From: an uncultured Actinomycetes bacterium
GTDB taxonomy: Bacteria > Actinomycetota > UBA4738 > HRBIN12
Direction of reading: 5' to 3'
Assembly: GCA_963734275.1 (NCBI GenBank)
Contig: CAVTGO010000008.1
Location: 32,718-96,717, forward strand
Length of the DNA stretch: 64,000 nt
Every line of letters begins with the position of its first letter. Within the stretch, counting starts at the first letter, position 1. This document shows positions 52,138-62,037 of the stretch, piece after piece. A program made the translations under genes and the position numbers. The notes beneath the pieces were generated by a model. The model searched no databases. It saw nothing but the letters and a program-made list of their open reading frames with translations, and had not been told where the DNA came from.

Positions 52138-53661
52138 TCAGTCGACGCGGCATGAGCCGCCCGGCACGCACGTGATCGCGCCGTGCTCGAAGCTCGCGCG
52201 CAGGTTGCCGTTGTCCAGCCTGCGGACGTCCGACGTGGGGAAGCCGAGCTTGCCGGCCGGCCCGCCCTCGTCGAGGTAGGCATCCAGCACCGCGCCGTCC
52301 AGCTGATGGGCTCCCGTCGCGTCGCTGCGGTAGATCGTGGCCTCCTCGAACCTCTGGCGCTCTCCCCCGGCGACCTGGACCTGCGCCGAGAGCGGCAGCC
52401 CGGCCGAGCAGCTCCGCTCGTCGTACCTCGCGCGGATGTCCCCGGTCACCTGCCGGTTGCGATTGATCCACACGCGGTCGTCGCGCAGGCCGAGGGACGA
52501 GCGCAGGGTCGCGCCGCTGATCGAGGTCGTCCCGCTCTGTCCCCTCACGGTCACGGTGAGGATCCGGCCGGAGACGCCCCGCACGGGGTCCACGAACCCC
52601 GTCACGGTCCCGATACCGAGGCCGAGCTCCGAGGTCACGTGGCCGGCCGTGAACGTGACGTCCCAGATGGCGCTCGGGTTGGCGGCGGTGTAGTCGCCGG
52701 GATCGCACACGCCGCGGAGGTAGCCGATCGGCGAGCCCCCCCACACGTCCTCGTTGTTCTCGGTGTGCCCGCCCGAGGACGACATGTAGAACGCCTGGAT
52801 CGTCTGCCCAGCGTCCCGCACGACGCGGTTGTCGGTCTGGTCGACCGAGCTCACCCACCGGTCGCCGTCGAGAGCGGCTTCCTTGTCCCAGCCCGCGTAG
52901 ACCTGGTCGAACGTGGTGGCGTACAGCGCGCAGTCGCAGACGGGACGGTGCTGGCCCGCCGCGGCCTTCGTGAACGCGTACGAACGCGCCGCGATCGCCT
53001 GCGCCTTCAGCGCGGACATCGGCCAGCTGCTCGGGACCTCGCCGAGCCCGTACAGGTACTCCTCGGCGTCCACGACGGCGATCAGGCGCATCTCGCAACC
53101 GGCGGCGCCGCACTCGTAGAGCCCGAACTCGACGTCGCCGCGTCCGTACGTGTGGGACGCCTCGGGGATCCGAACGCGTGCGCCCTGGGGCTCGTACACG
53201 GCGAAGATCGGCGTGTTCGTCCCGCCGACGCTGTCCACGGTGTCACCCGCCTGGTTCACGATGCGGTAGCGCGTGTCCGCGACGCGCACGCGCCAGGTCT
53301 CGCCCTCCGGGATCGTCGCGACGACGTTGCCGTCCCTCGGGTCACCGACCCGGATCTCGACGTCGCCGGCCTCCGCCTGCAGGCGGACTGCGTCCTGCCC
53401 TTGGATCAGCCCGACCCGGAGCGTTCTCGGCGGGTCCTCCGCCGCTCCCACCCGCGTCCCCGAGTAGTAGAGCGAGAGGATCCGCGACGGGCTCCAGCCC
53501 CGCTGGGCCAGACCATACGCCCCCCACTGCGACATCCCGAGCCCATGCCCGAAGCCCGAGCCGAACATGCGGAACTCCTTGTCGGCAGGCCCGGCGAGGA
53601 CCGGCGCGCCGCCGACGAGGAGGAAGACGAGGAGGGGAACGACGATGAGGGTTCGGCGCAT
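52138..53661 (-). CDS. SpoIID/LytB-domain protein with C-terminal LGFP-like repeat
   Basis: 507 aa with a signal peptide, GHGLGMSQWGA, YLYGLGEVP.SWP.[E/S]ALKAQAIAARSY, and AGKLGFP near the C-terminus. Confidence 0.85.
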   Translation of the reverse strand: MRRTLIVVPLLVFLLVGGAPVLAGPADKEFRMFGSGFGHGLGMSQWGAYGLAQRGWSPSRILSLYYSGTRVGAAEDPPRTLRVGLIQGQDAVRLQAEAGDVEIRVGDPRDGNVVATIPEGETWRVRVADTRYRIVNQAGDTVDSVGGTNTPIFAVYEPQGARVRIPEASHTYGRGDVEFGLYECGAAGCEMRLIAVVDAEEYLYGLGEVPSSWPMSALKAQAIAARSYAFTKAAAGQHRPVCDCALYATTFDQVYAGWDKEAALDGDRWVSSVDQTDNRVVRDAGQTIQAFYMSSSGGHTENNEDVWGGSPIGYLRGVCDPGDYTAANPSAIWDVTFTAGHVTSELGLGIGTVTGFVDPVRGVSGRILTVTVRGQSGTTSISGATLRSSLGLRDDRVWINRNRQVTGDIRARYDERSCSAGLPLSAQVQVAGGERQRFEEATIYRSDATGAHQLDGAVLDAYLDEGGPAGKLGFPTSDVRRLDNGNLRASFEHGAITCVPGGSCRVD

Positions 53662-53741
53662 ATCGGTGGGTTGTGGTGCGTTGCGGTGCGGTTAGCGGAC
53701 GGCTGCCGACGCTATCACATCGGTCTCGAGAGCCCGGAGGT

Positions 53742-54764
53742 TCATGCGGAGGAGACGGTCTCACCAGCGGAGATGCGCCCACCGTCGAGCGACACGCCCG
53801 CCTCGATGGCCGCCCCCTCCCCGAGGACCGAGTCCGTCACCCTGGCGCCCGGGCGCACGAGCGACTTCGGCCCGAGGACCGACCGCTCGACGGAGGCGCC
53901 GTCCTCGATCGCCACGGTGTCCAGGAGCACCGAGTCGTGGACGGTCGCGGCCCCGACCGCCGACCTCGGACCGACCACCACGTGACCCGTCAATCGGGCG
54001 GACGGGTCCACGCGCGCGCCGGGCGCCAGGTACGGGTTCGGGTACGCGGGCTCGCCCCGCACGCGGCCCTCGAGCAGGTCGACGTGTGCCTGCAGGTACT
54101 TCTCGGGCGTGCCGATGTCCAGCCAGTAGGCGTCGGAGAGGTAGCCGTAGACCGGCCGACCCTCGGCGATCAGCGCCGGGAAGATGTCCCGCTCGATCGA
54201 GACGGCGCCGGCGTTCGCCCACGCGCTCAGCGGCTCGGGGTCGAGGACGTAGGTGCCTGCGTTGATGTCGCCGGGCACGAGCTCCTGGGGCTTCTCGCGG
54301 AACTCGAGCACGCGTCCGTCGGTCTCGGTGGCGACCAGGCCGAACGGGCGAGCGTCGTCGACATGCGTGAGCGCGATCGTGGCGATCGCGCCGCGCTCGC
54401 GATGCATCCGAACCATCGTCGTGAGGTCCAGGTCGGTGAGGATGTCGCCGTTCAGCGCGAGGAGCGGCTCGGCGGTGTCGAGCACGCCGAGCGCGTTCAC
54501 GACCGCCCCGCCGGTGCCGAGCGGCTCGGTCTCGGTGATCCACGTGATCGCCGGGTCGCCTCCCCGGGAGGCGATGAACGCGCGGAACGTCTCCTCGAGG
54601 TACGAGCTGGACAGGACGACCTCGTGGACGTCGTGGCGGGCGAGGTGGTCCAGCACGTGATCGAGGCTCGGCCGGTCCATGAGCGGCAGGAGCGGCTTCG
54701 GGATCGTCTCGGTGAGCGGACGCAGGCGCGTGCCCTCGCCACCGACGAGGACGACCGCCTTCAT
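53742..54764 (-). CDS. manC: Mannose-1-phosphate guanylyltransferase-type NDP-sugar pyrophosphorylase
   Basis: 340 aa beginning MKAVVLVGGEGTRLRPLT...PKPLLP, with a C-terminal left-handed beta-helix region. Confidence 0.85.
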   Translation of the reverse strand: MKAVVLVGGEGTRLRPLTETIPKPLLPLMDRPSLDHVLDHLARHDVHEVVLSSSYLEETFRAFIASRGGDPAITWITETEPLGTGGAVVNALGVLDTAEPLLALNGDILTDLDLTTMVRMHRERGAIATIALTHVDDARPFGLVATETDGRVLEFREKPQELVPGDINAGTYVLDPEPLSAWANAGAVSIERDIFPALIAEGRPVYGYLSDAYWLDIGTPEKYLQAHVDLLEGRVRGEPAYPNPYLAPGARVDPSARLTGHVVVGPRSAVGAATVHDSVLLDTVAIEDGASVERSVLGPKSLVRPGARVTDSVLGEGAAIEAGVSLDGGRISAGETVSSA

Positions 54765-54789
54765 CGAGCGCCCCCGGGCGCGACCGCCG

Positions 54790-55647
54790 TCACCCGGACC
54801 TCAGCCGGTCGCGGAGCGAGACCAGCTCGGCGCGCGCACGCAGCGCCAGCCGCGCGAACGGCAGCGTGAGGCGCCACCACCCGTGCGCGCGATGCTTGCG
54901 GTAGTACCGGTAGATGCTGTCCGAGTGCAGTACGTGCATCCGCCGGGACCGGCCGGTGGACACGCCTCCCTCGTGGAGGATCTCGAGCTCGGGGGTGTAG
55001 AGGACCTTCCAGCCGGCACCGCGCAGCCGCGTGCAGAGGTCGAGCTCCTCGCCGTAGAGGAAGAAGTCCTCGTCGAACCGCCCGACCTGCTCGAACGCGC
55101 TGCGGCGCACCAGCATGGCGGCGCCGCTCACCCAGTCCACCTCACGCTCGCTCAGCCGGTCCCAGTCCGCCAGCTTGTACGCGCGGCTGTACGGGTTGTC
55201 CGGCTTGACGAGCCCGAGGAACGCGTGGCCGACCGCCTGGCCGACCGTCGGGAACACCCGGCCGCTCTCGTACATCGAGCCGTCGGCGTTGCGCACCACC
55301 GGGCCGAGGAGCGCCACCTCGTCCCGCTCCTGCCCCACCTTCACGAACGCCGCGAGATCGCCCGCCCAGGCCTCGGCGTCGGGGTTGAGGAACAGGATCC
55401 ACGGCGCTGCTGTCTGGGCGGCTCCCTGGTTCCAGGCGGCCGAGAGACCGCGGTTCGAGGGGTTCTCGATCAGCCGCGTCGACGGATGTGCGCTCGCGGC
55501 GGCCCGGGCGCTGCCGTCTGCGGACGCGTTGTCCACGACGAGGACGTCGAGGGCGAGACCGCCGGCGTGCTCGAGGACCGAGCCGACGCAGCGAGTGAGG
55601 TAGGCGCCGGCGTTGTAGTCGACGATCACGACGGCCAGGTCGGCCAT
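54790..55647 (-). CDS. Family 2 glycosyltransferase, WbbL-like rhamnosyltransferase
   Basis: The ATG at 55647 overlaps the upstream stop. The protein contains VVIVDYNAG...VVDNAS.DGS and FFLYGEELDLC. Its position next to manC matches Mtb wbbL1. Confidence 0.75.
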   Translation of the reverse strand: MADLAVVIVDYNAGAYLTRCVGSVLEHAGGLALDVLVVDNASADGSARAAASAHPSTRLIENPSNRGLSAAWNQGAAQTAAPWILFLNPDAEAWAGDLAAFVKVGQERDEVALLGPVVRNADGSMYESGRVFPTVGQAVGHAFLGLVKPDNPYSRAYKLADWDRLSEREVDWVSGAAMLVRRSAFEQVGRFDEDFFLYGEELDLCTRLRGAGWKVLYTPELEILHEGGVSTGRSRRMHVLHSDSIYRYYRKHRAHGWWRLTLPFARLALRARAELVSLRDRLRSG

Positions 55648-56024
55648 CAGTTGTGTGGGGTCCTCGAGATCAGGACGATGCCGACCGCGATGAACGCGAC
55701 CCCCGCCCAACGCAGTGGCGGCACGGTGTCGTCCAGGACGAAGTGGTCGAACAGCAGGATCAGCACGTAGGTCAGCGCCGCGAACGGGTAGGCGAACGAC
55801 AGCGACGCGCGCGAGAGCACGACGAGCCAGACGAGCGCGGACACACCGAACAGCGCGAGCCCGCCCCACACGTACGGTTGCACGACCAGGGCCCTCAGCG
55901 AGGCGCCGTTCAGGTCGAACCGGTCCGGGGCCAGCTCGGCGTTCACGTGGTTCATGCCGGTCTTGAGCGTGAGCTGCGCGACGGCCGCCAGGCCGACGGA
56001 CAGCAGGATGATGGCGATCAGCAT
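55647..56024 (-). CDS. Small 4-TM EamA/SMR-like membrane protein (possible lipid-linked sugar flippase subunit)
   Basis: The ATG at 56024 follows GAAAGGA. 125 aa, all hydrophobic helices. The function is inferred from context only. Confidence 0.5.
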   Translation of the reverse strand: MLIAIILLSVGLAAVAQLTLKTGMNHVNAELAPDRFDLNGASLRALVVQPYVWGGLALFGVSALVWLVVLSRASLSFAYPFAALTYVLILLFDHFVLDDTVPPLRWAGVAFIAVGIVLISRTPHN

Positions 56025-56077
56025 CGCGGGGGGTCCTTTCCTCGTCTGCGTTCGGTTCGCGTCGGTCCCGGTGGCGC

Positions 56078-57256
56078 TCACAGGTCCTCGACCTCGACGG
56101 CCACGGGAACCTCGACGCGCTCCTGCACCTTGGGGTACTCGTGGACCTCGAACAGGTACCGCTGCGTCTGGACGTGATACAGGTGACCGGTCCGGGCGTC
56201 CGAGAGCCCGATCGTCACCCAGTACTTGCCCGCGCCGTACGGGAAGCGCTCGATCCGGAACCGCACGCGCTTCTTCTCGAACCGGCCGAGCTCGATGCCC
56301 TCGCCCGAGGTCCGCGCCTCGAGGACCGGGTGGTTCGTGGCCCCGTCGAGGACCTGGAAGTCCACGTCGAGGTCGTCCACCGGCTGGTTCTGCCGGACGT
56401 CCACCTGGATCACGAGCGCCTCGTCCCGGAGCACCGGGCCCTCGCTGGCGCCGCTCGCGCGGATCAGGTGGACCTCGACGATCTCGGCCTCGCGCGTGCC
56501 CTGCTCGGGCACGAATCCCGGGTCCGTCACGCCGAGGAGCACGTAGCGCATCTCGCGCACCACGTCGTCGGGGGCGCCGAGCGCGTGGAGGCGCCCGTGG
56601 TGCAGCATCGCCGCCCGGTCGCAGATGTCGCGCACCGTGTCGAGCGCGTGGGTGACCAGGACGATCGTGCGGCCCTCGCGCTGGAACTCGCGGACGCGCT
56701 GGATGCACTTGGCCTGGAAGGCCTCGTCGCCGACCGCGAGGACCTCGTCGATCAGCAGCACGTCGGGGTCCACGTGGACCGCGACGGCGAAGCCGAGCCG
56801 GACCAGCATCCCCGAGCTGTAGAACTTCACCTGGTTGTCCATGAAGTCTCTCGAGCTCGGCGAACGCGACGATCTGCTCGTAGGCGGCGTCGGTCTGCTT
56901 GCGCGACAGGCCGAGGAACGACGCGTTCAGGTAGACGTTCTCGCGCCCGGTCAGGTCCGGGTGGAACCCGGCGCCGAGCTCGAGCAGCGCCGCCAGGCGC
57001 CCGCGCTGCGTGATCGTGCCGCTCGTCGGCCGCAGGATCCCGGCGATGCACTTCAGCAGGGTCGTCTTGCCCGAGCCGTTGTGGCCGATCAGGCCGAACG
57101 TGGAGCCCTCGCGGACCTCGAGCGCGATGTCCTTCAGGGCCCAGAAGTCCTCGGCGCGCGCGTGCGCCGTGAGGACGCGCTCCTTCACGAGGTCGGCTTC
57201 TCGCGGAAGACGCGGAAGCGCTTCGAGAGGTCGCGGACCTCGATCGCGGCGGCCAC
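56078..57256 (-). pseudogene. Wzt/TagH-type polysaccharide-export ABC ATPase with C-terminal carbohydrate-binding-like domain; 2 frame changes
   Basis: Three frame segments. The first is VAAAIEVRDLSKRFRVFREKPTS then TGA (57185-57187). The second is VKERVL...GHNGSGKTTLLK...IVAFAELE. The third is FMDNQVKFYSSGMLVRLGFAVA...DEVLAVGDE... to 56078. Breaks lie at about 57186-57190 and about 56846-56852. Confidence 0.85.
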
Positions 57257-58169
57257 TACAGCTCCTCCGCGAAGTCGCCCGAGCGGACGAAGAAGTACCC
57301 CCACGTGAGCCGCAGGGCGACGACGGAGACGACCAGGGTCACGGCGAGGACGGCCGCCATCCACCCGAGGCTCACGTCGAACAGGACGGGCGTCGCGGCG
57401 CCGTCGGGCTGCACCAACGCCGTAGAGGGCGCGCTGGAACCCGGCGACGACGTCGGCGAGCGGGTTCAGCAGGTAGAGCGCGAACCGCGGGACCCCGAGC
57501 CACTCCCCCGTCCCGCCGTCGGCGAGCAGCTGCGCTTGGTAGCCCGCGTACACGATCGGCGTGGCCCAGAACCACACGATCAGCGCGATGTTCAGCAGGT
57601 GACCGACGTCGCGGTAGCGGACGTTGACCGCCGCGAACCACAGCGACAGCGCGACGGTCAGGACGACCAGCGTGACGAACGCCAGCGGCCACAGCGCCAG
57701 CTCGGGGACGTGGAAGCCGTAGCCCGTGACCAGCAGGAACAGGAACAGGACCACGGTCTGGAGCGCGAAGTCCACCAGCGCCACGCCGACGGCCGACAGC
57801 GGCAGGATCTCGCGCGGGAACGCGACCTTCTTCACGAGGTTCGCGTTGTCCAGGACCGAGCGCGCCCCGCTGGTCATCGAGGCGCTGAACAGGTTCCACG
57901 CCAACAGCCCCGAGAGCAGGTACACGGGGAAGTCGGGGATGCCCGCGCCGAGCACCTTGGACGACGAACGTGAAGACCGCCAGGTAGACGAGCGGGTTCA
58001 GGAGCGACCAGACGGCGCCCAGGATCGAGGCCGCGTACTTCACCTTCAGCTCCTTGCGGATGAGGTTCAGCAGGATCTCGCGGTGCTCGGCGAGGACGCG
58101 CAGGCGCTCGCCGACCCGGAAGTGCGGCGGCTCGGAGGTGCGCTCGACGGTCTGGAGGGTCGCGGTCAT
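57256..58169 (-). pseudogene. ABC-2 type polysaccharide-export permease (Wzm/TagG-like); at least 2 frame changes
   Basis: Segments are MTATLQ...LIRKELKVKYAASILGAVWSLLNPLVYLAVFTFVV | VLGAGIPDFPVYLLSGLLAWNLF...FQRALYG | ALVQPDGAATPVLFDVSLGWMAAV...SGDFAEEL*. Breaks lie at about 57952-57966 and about 57405-57430. The span is 914 nt, not a multiple of 3. Confidence 0.85.
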
Positions 58170-58227
58170 CGCAGGTCGGCGGCGCGAACACCGCTGCGGC
58201 CGAGTGTAGCAACGGCCTTGCTGGCTC

Positions 58228-59562
58228 CTATGGAGAAGGCGTGAATTCGTCCAGGGCGCGGGCGTAGGAGAGGCCGTAGCCCTCGCGCAGGTGCTCCTCG
58301 GTGACGCCGAGGTCGACCAGCGCGCCGCCCCAGCGCGCGAGCGCCCGACGCGTCGGGATCGCGAAGCAGCGCGAGCGTCCCGTCGATCGCCTCCGCGTAC
58401 CTCCGCGCGGTGGCCTCGGAGCTCGCGAGCTCCGCCATGTGCGCGGCCGCGGCGCCGCCGATCCGTTGCGCGGAGCTCCGGGTCGTCGATCAGCCGCCGC
58501 AGCGTCGCCGCGAGCTCCTCGGCGTCGAGCCGGCCCGGGCGCGACGTGCACCACCCGGTCCTCCGGCACGTCGAGGTAGGTCCCCGTGCCGCTGACGACC
58601 GTCGTCACGCCGACCTGCATCGCGCGCGCGAGCGAGCCGCTCACCTCGCCGCGGTGCGGGAACCGCAGGTCCAGCGACGACGTCGGCCGCGCCCAGCCAG
58701 GCCAGGAAGTCCTCGTCGGACACGTCCGTGTGGACCGCGAGCCGGCCGCCGAGGCCGCTCGCGTGCGCCACGGCGTCGACGTCGTAGCCCTCGATCCGCC
58801 GGCCGACCAGGACGACGTGGACGTCCTCCGGGAGCCGCGCCGCCGCGGCCAGCACGACGTCGATCAGCTTCGCCTCGTTCAGGTCGCCGAACACGCCCAC
58901 GCAGCGTCCGCATCCCCATCGCGTCGAGCGGGGCGCGCACGACCGCCCGTCGCCCGTGCGCCCGCCGCAGGGCCTCGGCGGACTCGACCACCGGGTGCGG
59001 CGCCACGTAGACCGGCGTCCGGCAGCCGAACGCGCGCAGGTACCGCTCGACGAACGGCGAGTGGGCCACGATGCCCCGCGCTCGCCGCGCGGCGTGCGCG
59101 ACGAACGGGACGCGCAGCGGCTCGTTGCGGACGGCGTCCGGGAACGACTCGAGCCTCGGCGCGTTCGCGTGCCCCTCGCGCATCGCCTGGTGCCCGAGCG
59201 GGTCGCCCGCCGCGATCATCCCGCGCACGAAGTCGTCCAGCGCCAGGTCGTGGATCACCACGAGCCCCGGCGTCTGGATCGCGTGGCGGTAGACGTCGCG
59301 GTGGAACTCGACGTTGTTGCCCAGGTGGTAGACGCCCATCGTGTGCCACGGGATCGTGCCCTCGTGCTTCGGCTGCATCGGCCAGATCGGCTCGAACGGC
59401 GTGCCGGTACCCGATGCGCTGCAAGCCGTCCAGGACCGCCTGCGAGTAGCTCGCGATCCCGGTCTTCGCCGGCGGCATCGGCGAGAGCCACGCGATCCGC
59501 GGGTCCATCTTGTAGTCCCAGCGGATCAGGCGGCGCGCGGCGCCGACGACCGGGTTGCCCAT
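58228..59562 (-). pseudogene. GT4-family glycosyltransferase; at least 6 frame changes
   Basis: GT4-like sequence continues across all three frames: MGNPVV...LDGLQRIGY | PFEPIWPMQPKHEG...VYHLGNN...IVAHSPF | GVFGDLNEAKLIDVVL...VLVGR | DLRFPHRGEVSGSLARAMQVGVTTVVS | RLDAEELAATLRRLIDDPELR | AQRIGGAAAAHMAEL... | RALARWGG...DEFTPSP*. Breaks lie at about 59400, 58905, 58676, 58537, 58470 and 58357. Confidence 0.8.
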
Positions 59563-59564
59563 CG

Positions 59565-60971
59565 CTACTCCGTCAGCCGGGCGACGACGTCCGGCCAGCC
59601 CGGCACGCGCTCGCGCAGCACGCGCGTTGCCCGCCTCGCCCATCGCCTTGGCCTTCGGCCGGTTGGAGAACAGGACGTCGAACGCGTGCGCGATCGCCTG
59701 CGGCTCGGGCGGCGTGACGAACCCGGTCTCGCCGTCCGTCACGAACTCCAGCGGCCCGCCGGCGTCGGTCGAGCGTGACCACCGGCCGGTGCGCCGCGAA
59801 CCCCTCGAGCGTCACGTAGCCGTAGTCCTCGTCGAACGGCCCGTAGTAGACGCCGAGCGCCGAGCAGGTACAGCTCGTGCAGCTGCTCGTCGGAGACGCG
59901 GCCCGCGAGCTCGGATCTTGCGCTCGAGGCCGAGCTCCGCGATCCGCGCTCGGATGGCCGGCTCGTCGGGCCCGCCGCCGACCAGGACCAGCCGCACGTC
60001 GGTCTTCGTGTGCCGCATCGCCTCGACGACGAGCGGCTGGCGCTTCAGCGCCTCGAGGCGGCTCGGGAACACGATCGCAGTCGCCGTACGGGCCGGGCTC
60101 CATCGGCAGGAGCGCCTCGACGATCGGGCTCGGGTGGTAGAGCACCTCGGAGCTCAGCCGGTTCGAGTTCCAGAGCCGGTCCTGCACGTTGCGCGAGTTC
60201 GTGAAGATCCGCTTGGCCTCGCCGAGCGCGACCCGGTCGCTCTGCTGCACCATGTCGCGCACGGCCGGCCCCTCGACCTGCTTCGACAGGTCGGCGAACT
60301 CCGGGTGGTCCCACAGCTCGTACGCGCTGCGGTGCTGGTGGATCAGCCAGACGACCTTGCGCTCGTGCGGCACGAGGTACGCCGGGAACTTCAGCGCGAT
60401 CACCATGTCGATCGGCAGGCCGTTGGACTCGGACAGGTCGAGCGCGCGCCAGACCGCCATCTGATGGACCAGCTCGGTCGCCGGGTACCACTTGCCCGCG
60501 ACGACGACCTCCTCGGCCTCGTGCCCCGCCACCTTCAGCGCGCGGACGAGCGCCTCGGTGTGCGTCTCGGCGCCGCCGGCGCACGAACGGCGTCTGCGGG
60601 TGGACGACCGCGATCCTCACTCGCCCGCGCTCCTGCCTCAGGCGCGCCACCTCGGCCTCGAGCACCGCCACCCGGTCCGCGAGCGCCGCGTTCAGCTCAC
60701 CCAGGTCGCCCAGGAGCCGGTCGTAGCGCCACGAGATCGGCCGGAAGAGGCGGAAGAGGCGGAACTTCAGCCGCCGCCGCCACTTGGAACGGCTCGCCAG
60801 GTTGGGCTCGCCGCGCGGGATGAGCGCCTTCTCGTCGTCGCGCATGAGCATCGCGAAGTCGTGGAGCGCGTCGCGAACCTCGGCGGTGTCCATGCGCGAG
60901 CGCGGCGTGGCCTCCTCGGCCCAGTAGAGCTCGCGCTCGAGGGCGCCCCGCGCATCGTTCTCGCTGGTCAT
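59565..60971 (-). pseudogene. Coiled-coil N-terminal domain fused to a GT4-family glycosyltransferase; at least 6 frame changes
   Basis: Starts at ATG 60971. About 115 aa of helical/coiled-coil sequence (…LGELNAALADRVAVLEAEVARLRQERG) precede VRIAVVHPQTPFV | AGGAETHTEALVRALKVAGHE... | FPSRLEALKRQPLVVEAM..VLVGGGPDE | ELAGRVSDEQLHELY | ALGVYYGPFDEDYGYVTLEGFA | DAGGPLEFVTDGETGFV... | VLRERVPGWPDVVARLTE*. Breaks lie at about 60578, 60075, 59915, 59868, 59768 and 59620. Confidence 0.8.
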
Positions 60972-61072
60972 CGGGGGTGAGGGTAGCACCGGGGTCGCCG
61001 GCGCTCGCGGTTTCTCAACCACATCAGCACACGTCGGAAGCGTCCCATGCCCAGCTAGGCGATACTCCGGCC

Positions 61073-61994
61073 GTGCGCCCTGTTGACGAGGACGATGAGC
61101 TCCGCGCGGCGGCGTTCGCCTTCCTGACTGAACTGGCCGCGCGAACGGGCGGGGTCGCAACACGCCGGGACCTACGTCAGTTCGCCTTCCGGGGAGTGCG
61201 CACGTCCTTGGAACAGCACATGCGCGGGATTCGTGTGGTCGAGGGTCATCCGGCCGCACTGACGATCCTCACATCCTTTGCGGAGCACCCGGAGGAGCGG
61301 CCATACGAGGACGACATCGGGCCGGACAACTATCCACGCTACAAATGGCAAGGGAGTGACCCCTTAGCATCGGACAACGTTGCGCTGCGAACAGCCATGC
61401 AGCAGCAGAAGCCTGTGGCCTGGTTCCGCGGCGTTGCACCCGGTCTCTATGAGGTAGTACACCCAGTCTGGATCGTCGGCGAAGAAGTCTGACCAACAGC
61501 AGGTCGTGTTGGCTCTCGACGAAGTGACGCGGTCGGCCTGGCAGATGGACGTTCTCTTCAGCCCGATGGACGAAGTCCGCCGGCGTGAGTACGCCATGGC
61601 CGTGGTCCGCCGCCGCCTCCACCAACCGGACTTCCGGCGCAGGGTCCTAACCGCCTACGGACGCCAGTGTGCGATCTGCAGGCTACGGCACACTGAACTT
61701 CTCGACGCTGCACATATCAAAGAGGACGCACAGGGTGGAGAGCCCGTGGTGCCAAACGGGATCGCAATGTGCGCCATTCATCACCGCGCGTTCGACGCAC
61801 TCGTGGTCGGCGTCACGCCAGGGTACGCAGTCGAGGTTCGCAAGGACGTTCTGGAGGAGCGCGACGGCCCGACGCTGCAGCATGCGCTACAGGGAATCCA
61901 TGGAACATCGCTCATCTTGCCGAAGCAGGCCTCTCAAATGCCCAATTCTGAACTCCTCGAAGAGCGTTATGAGAGATTCCGGGAAGCTGGGTAG
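61073..61994 (+). pseudogene. Putative modification-dependent (type IV-like) restriction endonuclease: SRA/YDG-like N-domain + HNH (HNH_2-type) nuclease, split by a frameshift
   Basis: The N-terminal part (GTG 61073 to stop 61492) contains PYEDDIGPDNYPRYKWQGSDP...DNVALRTAM...PVAW. The C-terminal part (frame of 61506..61994) contains RLHQPDFRRRVLTAYGRQCAICRL...LLDAAHI...NGIAMCAIHHRAFD. The second frame is open back to about 61461, so one indel near 61480-61490 splits a single gene. The SRA-like assignment is from memory of the motif pattern. Confidence 0.6.
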
Positions 61995-62037
61995 ATGCTG
62001 ATCTGACGATCTGATCCTGGATCGCTACGGTTCGCGC

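Noticed and set aside
56078-61000. The frame changes in the glycan locus as programmed ribosomal frameshifts or phase-variation switches.
   Set aside because: The break sites lack slippery heptamers or the simple-sequence tracts used for phase variation. They occur about 16 times in 5 kb in both directions. The pattern fits indel noise or decay, not recoding.
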